A stretch of 64,000 bases of DNA, taken from contig NC_087245.1 in the NCBI RefSeq assembly GCF_037042905.1, forward strand, positions 32,056,001 to 32,120,000. The letters run 5' to 3'. This DNA comes from Lytechinus pictus (taxonomy: Eukaryota). The notes beneath the pieces are model-generated. The model saw nothing but the letters and a program-made list of their open reading frames with translations, was not told the DNA's origin and did not search any database. How positions within the stretch are numbered: the stretch's first letter is position 1; each line of letters opens with the position of its first letter. The position numbers and the translations under genes are program-made. This document shows, in pieces, positions 11,957 to 23,830 of this stretch.

Positions 11957-14900
11957 CTACTGCTACTGCTACTACTACTACTACTACTACTACTACTGAT
12001 ACTGCTACTGCTACTGCTACTGCTACTGCTACTGCTACTGCTACTGCTACTACTACTACTACTACTACTATTACTACTACTACTACTACTACTGCTACTA
12101 CTTCTACTACTACTACTACTACTAATATGACTACTACTACTACTACTACTACTACTACAAACACTAGCACTCATTTTGTTACGCCTCTTCATATCCAATC
12201 AAACATGGATCAGCCTACTTCGACAGCATTTTGCATAATTGGCCAAGCAAAAGAATCCCATTTATCAAATATAAGATTACATATTGTTGTATAATTATAC
12301 ATTGATTAGTAGCACAATCATAGACAGATTTTGACATTTTGGCGTTCAACGTGGTGTGCCTGGACACATCATATGTGCAATAAAAATCAGAAGTTTGTAT
12401 ACCAATAATCAAGAATATACAAAATTGGAGTGCTGCATGAGTTCAGATTTGGAGAGCTTTATACAGACCAATTTAGTTTGGATGCTGTTTTTATGGTAAT
12501 TTTTAACTGGGGGCTTAAAATATACATAACGAAAGATAATATATGCACTGACATAGCACCTGGCTCATTGCATAACCAATTGAAACTGCTTTTATTCTAC
12601 TTTGGAAGCCTCCCAATTATGGCCGCTATTAAGTTGCAGTGATATGAAATTGGAGTCATCTATACGTGCTAGGGATAATTATATCCAATGAAGGGTCTCA
12701 TGATAAACCCTAAGCTCCTTTCACACTCGCACATCTTTATCGCTCTTAATCCCTTTCTCATTGAGACATCAACCAATCACTAACTTCTGAAGGTTTCCAT
12801 AGCGAAGAAAAAAGTGTAGGAGCACCCAAAGGGTGGTCCTTTTCAGGACCAACATTTGCCCAAGAAAGATGCATGGTGTATCGTGAAACCTACTACACTA
12901 ACCAATCACTACTTACCGAGTATACAAAGGGGTCTCCTGATAAACCTGAGCCTTCCATAATGACCTTGGTAGCGACTGCGGCATCCCGCAGACCAGATAC
13001 GAAGCGTACATTCTGTGCTCAGGATCAGGACAGCAATTATTTCCTGCAAGAAAAAACAAAATCAAGAACAAAAAGGAGGCATTACAAAGATGCTGGCAAT
13101 GTTATAAACTTTCAAAAAGCCTATAGAGGGAAACAATGATGCAAAACTCGTCGAAAGCCTAAGCGTGCAGGAAAACTATCCATGATAACTCCATCTGATA
13201 ATAGCATACTATACAAGACAAAATGGATCATTTGAGATTCCACAACAGGCCCGAGTAAGAACTCATGGAAGCATCATGGTCTAGTGGTTCTGACTCTCTC
13301 TTCTTTCAAAGAGAGGGTCATGGGTTTGAATACCAGCCATGGCATGGTTTTCCTTCAGCAAGAATTTTTTTCACATGGTGCTGCACTCCACCCAGGCAAG
13401 GTGAATGGCTACCCTGGTGGATGATATTCCTTAAATGCACTGTGCGCTGCTGATGAAGTGGTGGCTTGAACCTAAGCTGGGGTGATACTAGTTGTGCTTT
13501 GTCTCCTCTACCAAAAAGTGCTAGATAAATCCAGGTATTATCATTAGTATTATTATTAAAATCATTATTATTGTTATAATTATTATATTTTTTTATTTTC
13601 AATATTATCATTATTATCATCATCATCATCATCACCATCATCATCACCATCATCATCATCATCACCATCATCATCACCATCATCAACATCATCATCATCA
13701 TCAACATCATCATCATCACATCACCACAATCATCATCATCACCATCATCATCATCAATATTATTATTACCAATATAAGTGGTAAGGAGTATTATTCATGG
13801 ATCTTGACTTACCAGTATAAAAACTATATGGTTGCAGGTGATTTGTAGAGTAGGGTTATCAACGGTGGCAACTATGCTCACACCAAGGCACGTAAACAGT
13901 AACAGAAATCTGCAGAAAAGAAACCAACAAAATATATCAAATTATTCTCTTTTTTTCTATTAATAAAGTGTGTCATATAGGGGAGATGATGAACCTGTTA
14001 ACAGAGCAAGGGATGTGATATAGATGTCATAAGAGGAAAGGGAAGACCAAAGGTAGATGTTAGACTTGGTGAAGAAGGAAAGCAAGGAAGTTGGTCTGAA
14101 TGAGGATGATAAGACAGAAAGAAGTGAAAGGAGGGAATGCCATTATGGCACACGAGTCAGTAATCCTTTGGTAAGAGGGAAAATGCTGACTGAAATAAAT
14201 GGTGATGATGATCAAGATGTTGAAAAAATGAATATTTCACAGAAAATAAAAATTGTGATGCCTACATTTAAGACATAACTGAATAGAAAATCTTTTCAGT
14301 GTGAGGGTCTGAAATGTACTTTTAATAACTTGCAGTTTGTTGATCATTAAGCCTTTTGAATAATCAGAAAAATATCTTGTTTTGCAAAATATTTCATAAC
14401 TTTCACTATTAATTCCATATCATTCAATTGTCTTTTTCCTCCCATGTATATATATTTTTTCCATCGGGATACAATATTCAACAGTAATTTTGAGTCATGC
14501 ATCAAGAAAATAAAAAAAAGATGTCATGTAAATCAACTCAACAAAATGTCACATTCGGTACAAAAAGGGTAATACCAGTAATTGTCTCAACTGCCACTTT
14601 GCAAAACAAAAGGATGTATTCAAATGTTAAATCCTTTTGAGACTGGGCCTACCTGTATGTGGGGTGGTGTGTATGGAAAATGCATGCTATTATTATTATT
14701 CTCCAACATCAATAACCTTTATAATCTCTCTGTCTTTTATGTCAAAGAATCCTTTGAATGTTTATCACCATAGCAACGGCTTTATATCATGCAAGAGGTG
14801 CACAGAACAGGTAATCTCAAATCGTCCTTGACATTTGATCAGAAATATCATTGCACATACGAGAATCAGAAATCCAAATTTCCACACAAAATGCCGCTCA

Positions 14901-17868
14901 TGAAAATCAGGAACAAAAAATTCATGAAAGCGTGCTGATTGTCTGGATTTTGCTTGGTTTCTCTGAGGTTTAGCCACAGGTATGGATGGCGTCATAATGG
15001 CTGCCGCATACGAGCCTAAATACCCGTATAATGGCTGAATGGTTCACATTACATCTGCCGATAATTGGGTTGGAGGCTCACAATAATTCACAATTGAGTA
15101 TTATGAATGTAAGATAGACCCAAGTCCATGAAAATTCATTTCTAGTTAATCAAGAAAAATATAATGATTCTTGGATATGTTGAATGAGGATTCTGGTCAG
15201 TTTTTCATTCCTTTTGGGCACTTTTGTGTGAAATTTGGGGATATGAATTACACGCAAGATGGACTCAGGTATAAGCAACAACATCCCATGTTTAACTCAA
15301 TTTGGCGAAGAGATGGACTTGGGATGTTCTTGCATTCATATAGTCATTTCTTTGAATGCAGATATTTGACACTGCATCACTTGTGTGCAGGGATTCTAAA
15401 ACATTTCTTTGGTAGATGGAGAATTGTTCAATTCTGCCCTGTGGATATCTTCTACCGTGGTGATCTAACCAGAAGGGTGATTTATGAAACAAACAGTCTG
15501 TGGTCTTCACTGACAAATTTGCTCTCAAGGGGTATTGCAAAAAATATTTGCAATCAAATGAAAATTTTGTAGCAAATAAACAAGTGATAGATCAATCTTA
15601 ACTGAAGCAAATAACTTCATACTTGTTGAAGGGAAAAGCAGACCATCAATCAATCACAAAATTGCAATGAAATACATGATTTTGTGACGTACAATTGAGT
15701 TGCGATGCAAGTTTTGTGCAACACGTTATTAGCCAATTTGATGCAAAGATTTTAGTAGCTTATAACAGATGACCATTGAAAATCAATAACTAATTCTATG
15801 TGATGAAAGGTTTCTCAATCTACTAGAGTCGGTCGGCTTATCTTGGAAAGTGGGAAAAAGGGGGAAAGAAATTTCTACTCATTTGGCATAGTGAGTGCTT
15901 CTACACTGTTAATTGACGCCAACTGTGAACAGAACGCTGTATACTACACATCAGGAGCAGGTGGAATCATAGATTGGTTTCTAGCATTCTTGGTGCCTTG
16001 GTGTTCCTAAATACAACCTCCAGTAATTACACTTGACATGCCTATAAACGCCAACCTCCCCTCTACATCAATACTCTAACACGTCGAGAGAGATAAATAC
16101 ATCGAAGAGGCATCAAATTAAGAAGTGTACAAATTTTATGAGTTTGACGAGTTTACACTCGGAAGTACATGCTGGTGTCAATGTGCGTAGCTAAAAAGTA
16201 CCTTTACATACATTCGGGGCAGTGGTCAAATTATGGCCATTAATAGCTGGAGAAGGGTGAGGGAGGGGTGGAGGTCAACTCTGTGATCCTAATGATTATG
16301 AGCAGGAGAAAATTGAATGTTGTGCTCCTACCGAAAATTCCTAGTTTTAATCACAAAAACAAAGAGTTTCAAATAGTAAACTTTTTTTCATATAAAAAAT
16401 ATGCAACCCACAACTTACAAAGATATAAGTGCTACCCTTGGTCTCGCTTAAATCTTTGTGAAACATCGCCCAAAGGGACTGAAGCAACGATTTTTACTAA
16501 AAACTTTACTGAGCCAGTCATACCCATACATTTGGGTATATATACTACTGGTTGTCAGTGGAAACTCAATGGCAAAGTGCTGCAGTAAATTGGAACATCT
16601 AACTAAGATATGAACATAGTACAGTCATGAATATGTGCTCCATGTCCCTCATTTATAATTTGCAAGATCACTGTAGGCTGAATTATTCTACGATTTCTTT
16701 AGTGGCATCTCATTATTTACTACCATTGTATGATTTCTTTTGTTTGGCGTCATAGAGGACAGAAGATAAAGCCATACAGAGGCCCTACACAGATTGTACA
16801 ATGTCCATGTCCTGTTCTGCTTGTATGATAACCCGGCACTGGATGTGTGCTACAAAATACCAAGCCCAGATTGTGCCGATCGTACAATACTAAAAAATCA
16901 AATAGTCCAAATAATAATTTTCCTCAGAAAAAAATAAGACCGATCTAGAGATGCCCAAAGACATTGAATAATGTCCGATAAAATCTTCCAACTCGTGCCA
17001 CACAGGGTATTAAGAAAATGCACACACTTTGACTGATTAGGTTTCCATGATAACAAGCTGAAGAAGGAAACAACTATGTAAAACAAAATGCTAAGTGGAA
17101 CCTGACAATTTGTTTTCGATTTGACTTTTTTTGCCCGTAACCCAATGCCATCTCTCAGGGGTTAATATGTGAGGGTGATCTGCAGCTGCCGTTAGAGGTC
17201 CCATAGGTCACAGAGGATGGGGGGATTTATAAAGTCTTTCTCCTCTTCAGGACCCCTCATACCAGTGCTCTTTGATTCTATCCTAGTAAAAGAATATTGA
17301 GTGCAGCAGTTTTGTGTCAGAAAACCAAAATGACAAGATTAATAATGAATGGAATAATCTGAGAGAGCTAATACAAACTTAAAACTCATTTGACAATTTA
17401 GAATATCACAGCAGCCAGGAGCTCTTGCAGACCAATAGTAAAAAAAACTATATAATTATTTTAATTCACATTTTTTTGGGGTCATTGTTATCATCATTAT
17501 TATTACTATTTATTATTATTATTATTTTTATTATTATTAGTAGTAGTAGTAATAGTAGTAGTAGCAGCAGCAGTAGTAGTAGTAGTTTTTTTTATCAACT
17601 ATTGTATGTGTATTGTATATATCAATCATTTTTGTAAATTGTATGCAATTCAGCCGTAAGGCTGCTATGTGCAATGTTTTTTATACCGAAATAAATAAAT
17701 AAATAAATAAAAGAAGTAGTAGTAGTAGCAGTAGTAGTAGAAGTAGCAGTAGTAGTAGTAGTAATAGTAGTAGAAGTAGTAGTAGTAGTGGTAGTAGTAG
17801 TAGTAGAAGTAGTAGTAGTAGTAGTAGTAGAAGTAGTAGAAGAAGTAGTAGTAGTGGTAGTGGTAGTG

Positions 17869-17947
<79 letters not shown>

Positions 17948-20900
17948 TAGCAGTAGTAGTAGTAGTAGTATTAGTAGTAGTAGTAGTAGTAAAATCATCA
18001 TCATCACCAGCAGCATCGTTATCATTAACGCTATAATTATTACTAATCTTGAGCCTATTTCCTTCTTGTATGCAATCTTTTTTAAGTGAAAAAAAAACAG
18101 TCATCACAATGCATTATACAATGAAACAAAAATAATGGACCTTTGTGGAAAGCTCTATAGTTACTATCTCGCTCTCATTATTCAGCTTCATGGAAGTTAT
18201 GCGTTGAGCAAAATTGTTGATTGGTCATAAATTTGGGAGGACACAGGAAAGGGATAAGGGTAAGAATGCTGAGGGCAACCAGACAGACTGTAAAACATAA
18301 ATCAATAAGATAAGAGACAGGACCTTCCAGTCTTTAAGGTATCAAACAAAATATGAGCAAAAATATGAGTCAGTGAGCCGGAGGGAGTTCTCCCTGATGT
18401 GAAACTGATTTCAATTTACATATGTCATTGTTTTTTTAATATCAATCAATAAGATAGGAGACAGGACCCAATAGTCACTAAGGAAAAACACAAAAAATGT
18501 TCAAAAGAATGAGTCAGTGAACTGGAGGAAGGGAAGCTTTAAAGGTGAAGTTCACCCCAATGTAAAATTTATTTCAATTTACATACCAGATTGTGTTTTT
18601 CCACTTATACATGGATAAATCTAATTTGTTATTGCTTTTGTAAACTGTATTTTGACACATTGTTAAAGTTTAAAAATGTGACCAAAGCAAAAATGAAATT
18701 TTCCATGAAAATCCTTACTATTTACTTCTCTCAAAAGTTTGTACCAATTCTCAGATAGGAAAAAAAACTGAACACTCAGAATACAGCAAAGAATCTAAAA
18801 GGAGGGATGTATATAGGCAAAACATGCAAATGGCAATATCTATTTGAAAAGATGATGGGAATAATAATTTTTCTTACCGAGTAATACCATATAGCATATA
18901 ATAGATGGGAGGTATGTACATGTGCTTCTTGCACATACACCATTTCAAAGGTCTCTGAAACTTCCTTTTCTGTGACATCGTTGAAAACACCATACTCATA
19001 TTGGTAAGCTTTCATCACAGACTTTAGATCAAAGTTGTGATTATTCAGGCATGATGAATATCTCTTCTTTACAAAGCATGCTTTAATTTTCAACTGGAAA
19101 ATAATCTTTGCTATATGTTATGGCCATACAAAGCCTGATTTCTCAATCTTTAATTTCCCCTATTTTACAGTTGTATCTTCTTATACATACTTTAAATGAA
19201 AGAGAGGAAAAGAAAGAGAGAGAGAGAGACAGACAGAAAGAGAATGAGAGATAAGGAACATATTCAGAATCTGAATGCAAAACAAAAACAAAGTAGAAAT
19301 CAATTACTATCAATTTCAGGCTGCAGAAAGCTAGAACATAACCTTTGAAACAATGAGCTCTGCTTACATCTGAAAAACAATTGTTTACATTCCGCACATA
19401 ATAAATTCAAGAGGGGATACAAATAAGCATCAACCCTGAGCAAGGAAATGGACACCCCATCCAGGCAATATAAAGTCTTTCCTTTCCTTGATGATGTGCT
19501 GACCACTGCAACCACAACCCTTCTCTAAACCGATGCATGGACAGGCCTGGAGAAACTTTAGAAAACCTCAGGCTCCTGCAACCTGTTTAAAGACCCATTC
19601 AGATCTAGCAATTTTTCCACAAGACTATAACGCGTCAACGCTGATCTATCGACAAAGAGGAGCATTTCATAGAGTTCTTAACGCTTTACACAGATGAATT
19701 AGTTTTGTTTGTAGCCAATAAAACAGTAGAAAGCTCTTGCCTACTGCCCACCCACTTGGCCAACACTTGGCAAAATGTATCCCTTCCCTTCAAATTTGTT
19801 TTAAATTCCATTATCAATTTCATAATTTTTATTGCTGGTCTCTTATACTGCTTGCCTGGGTTATTTTCAACTTGTGCAAAAATCAACTTTTATGACTTCA
19901 CACGAAAATGATACATGAAAAATTTTCAGAGAATTATGTGCCTCTTCATCAATGAAATCCAGATACACCAATGCAATAATCAGATGCAATGATTTCTCAG
20001 TAAAGTTTTAAAGCAGTTAATTGTCTGTGACATAGGTTGGAGAAAGTCACTAACGGACCCATCAAAGACACCCTAGATTACAAGTCAAGTTGATCTTGAT
20101 GTGAACGGAGCAGACGAGTTAGAAAAGACCAATGTGGCACTAATAGCAACCACAAACTCACAGTTACATCAATGCAGCAGATGTTTTTACATCATTTCTC
20201 ACACCCTCTATCAGACCCAAAGGAGCTTATTGAAACTGACCCCGGTTCTTTGGTTACATGTTAGAAAAGTATACTTGACTTTCATGAAGGTTTCACTCGG
20301 TTCATTCCTTGATTTACAAACAAAACAATGTCCTATTGCTTTATTATGATATCAATGTACATGCAGTATATGCATTCCTTTCTTGCTGTTGCCAGCAAAA
20401 AATAAAACAAGGCAAAAGCGATTTTGTGTCTCGCCCACTTATGAAAATAACCAGAAATATCGTGATTTGTGAGGGCACGCAACAGAATTGTATCGAAACT
20501 TCATTGTGAAATGACTGGGATGGTATAACACTTGTCATAAGAGCCTTGCACATAAACTTTAATGTTGACCTGAAAATGACCTATGACCTAACCATGTGAC
20601 CTCGGACTGCAGCGTATCATGCAGGTCCCCAAAGTCCATCTACCATCCAAGTTTGGTTGAAAAGTGACTTACGGTTGCGGAGTTAGGTGTCATAAGAGAG
20701 TCTTGCATGTAAACTTTAACTTTGACTTGCATGTAAACTTTAACGTTGACCTGAAAATGACCTTTGACCTTACCATGTGACCTCCGACTGCAGCATAACA
20801 TGCAGGTCCCCCAAGTCCATCTACCATCCAAGTTTGGTTGAAAAGCGACTTACGGTTGTGGAGTTATGTGTCATTAGGTTTGTGACGGACGACATTTGGA

Positions 20901-23781
20901 TCCCTAAGTCTCGCCTTCACCTCTGGTGGGCGAGACAAAAATACCAACCTGAAGTCAAAATACCAGTCAAGCTTTACATCAGTGCTCTCTCAACATAAAA
21001 GTTGCGACCAATACATTGAATGTTCAATTATAAAGTATAAGTTTATGGCTAACAAAGTTAAAATAAATGGGAAACATTCAGCAATATCTCTATGTTGCAC
21101 TCCCTGTCCTTATTTTGTTGAGCTCAATTTAGCTTCCAAATTGAATCTTAAGGATTTCAAAAAATTGATCGAATGACCCAATCATCAAGGATAGCTATGG
21201 TTAATAGCAAAAACCAAAGCTATAAAAAATACAATGAATGATAGCACTTTTCAATGCAGAAGAGTAAGGAATGGGAATGCACAGAGTCTTTCCAAAATCC
21301 GCAGGCAGAAAATCTCCAACACTACCCATAGAAGACAAACAGAAACCGACACCACTCTGACGGATGTCGTGGATGTGATCCTACAGAAAGCTTTAAAATG
21401 ATATACAAAGCTTGTAAATGTAAGCAGGAAATCTTCAAGGAGAGAAAAATAAAAACGTTTCCCAAATCCACTGACTTAAGGGGCCAATTCAAAGAAAGAG
21501 AAAGATGATGAATTCAGTAGAATGTCCATCTTGCAAAGATAACCTGGGAAGTTGGTCACTGAGAAATGACAAGTTAAATCACGATGAAGCACTTGACTGC
21601 CCTTGACTACCCTTCACTGCACAGGTATAAAAGGGGCAAACAAGTTTTAAAATAACTTTCCGCCAACTTCCAAGGTATGATATATAGAATATGTAGTGAG
21701 AAGAGATAAAAATACACATCCCAACGCCAAAAACACAATCTTTAAATGGTGAAGATAGTCCAACTATCAACAATCTTACAGACAATGCTATCTGATATCT
21801 TCCGATAAAAAAATCCTTGAAAACTATTAGAACAAAGAGCCCAGAAAAGAACAAGCAGCTTGTATGAAAGAAGTTGTCTTGGAGTATCATGTGTAGTACT
21901 CTGACAAGAAAAAAATATCAGGAGCTTCGTGTCAGGATCGAGAAAATGGAGGTTAATGATATAAACGGCACAGTATGAGACATGTATTGATGGCCAATAC
22001 AACCTGGTGACTTCATGACTTCTCATTAAGAAAATAGTTTCCAACTGTGAGAGTCTAACTTTGATTTGCAGTGAAGTTCTATTTCTTAGTAACAACATAT
22101 TCCTTTCTTCTTTCCATTCCTGGGCCCCATTGCATAAAACTTAATAGGATCATGGTAATTTTGCCATCCAATGGTAACTACCATGGTAACACCGATCACC
22201 AACCAATCAAAATCAAGGATTCCAGACCAGTTATCATTGGATGGCAAAGTTACCATAATGGTATCTTTTATGCAATGGGCCCTGGGGGCCGTTTCATAAA
22301 GCTGTTCGTAAGTTAAGAGCGACTTTAAGAATGACTGGTGATCCTTTCTTATGTGCTAAACCATCGCCAATGAATACACCATTTACCAAAAGAAAGGATC
22401 ACCAGTCGTTCTTAAAGTCGCTCTTAACTTACGAACAGTTTTATGAAACACCTACCAGGTTTGTCCACTCTCAAGCTTCAAATTGATAGGCCTAGGGGTG
22501 ATTACATTCCTTCTGCCCCATTATATCGCAAATATGCAAAGGGGTAGTGGTTATATGACCCCTGTCTCTTATTGAGGGGGTCATGGGTTCAAATCCAGCT
22601 CCAGTCATCATTTTCTTTCGGTAAGAGATCTATTCATATTGTGCTAAACACAACCTAGGTGAGGGAAAGGGGAACCTGGCAGGATTCAATCCTTGAGATG
22701 CAGTGCACCAGACCTGCCAACCTCTGGGAATGAAAAACTGTATTCTGTGATACAAAAAAATGTATTTTCCCCCAAAAAAGTGTATTTCATAATAAAATGC
22801 TTGGCGCAATCACCCATCACGGCGCTCAAGCTGCATGCAAGCTAAAATGCGCACTGCTCTTGCAGATGAAAAAAAAAACCATTGAAACTTGTGTATATCT
22901 CACCCTGGTTTTTACAAAATGATTGAAAAAAAAACAAGTTCCCTGAAATTACATTGATCTAATAACCATATTTGTGTACGTTTTATGAAATAGAGACATA
23001 TAGAGATGATTTTTTTTTTTTTTTTTTTTTTTAATACAAAAAACATATTTTTTAAAGAAAAAACGTACTGCCGTATTTTGGTTGCAAAAACGTACTAAAT
23101 ACGGCTAAAACGTACTGGTTGGCAGGTCTGGTGCACCTACATGTAACAGCTGTTCTGCCTGAAGCTGATGGGGTAATTATGCTGCATTTTTTGCAGAGCG
23201 CTTAAAAGATTTAACATAAGGTAAGAGTAACGCATCTATCATTATAAACAAATATAATTACCACTTTAGAAGACTTCATCAATTCACAGCACATACTCTA
23301 AGGTTTAAACTAAACATTAAATAAGAAGGTTTGTAAATCTACACCAATTGTCCAAACCTCAATGCCAATGTCACCGCCACCATCATCGCCGCCGAGACAC
23401 AGTTTAAAAAAAAAGGTTAAGAGAAGCTATACGCTATGATACCCAATCATTGGCAGTGACATTGGTTTGGTTTGGTGGTTTCCCACATTGACAGGTTTGA
23501 GGGAAGCGAAAGGTGCTTATATTGGAGATTATGCATGCAGGATGCCAGCCACTTTAGTTGAAATGTCTGTCAGGTGCATACAAAACAAAATCACAAAGCT
23601 GCATTAAAGTGACCTGACCATTTTTATTTGTTTGTTTTGTGAGAATAAAGGGGAAGTTCAGCCAGACAATATGTTGATTTTAATGAAAAAAAAGAACAAT
23701 CAGAGATAAATATTGTTAAAGGTTTGATGAATATCCCTCAGAAGGATACGAGAGTTACAAAGTTTTAAAATTTTAATTTGT

Positions 23782-23830
<49 letters not shown>

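Noticed and set aside
11575..12294. Long poly-Ser/Val/Leu/Thr ORFs (up to 207 aa)
   Set aside because: Translations of a trinucleotide microsatellite; the same applies to 13318-13719 and 17622-18107.
15171..15572. 133-aa ORF in intron 1
   Set aside because: Non-ATG start, no recognisable domain, no splice-site support.
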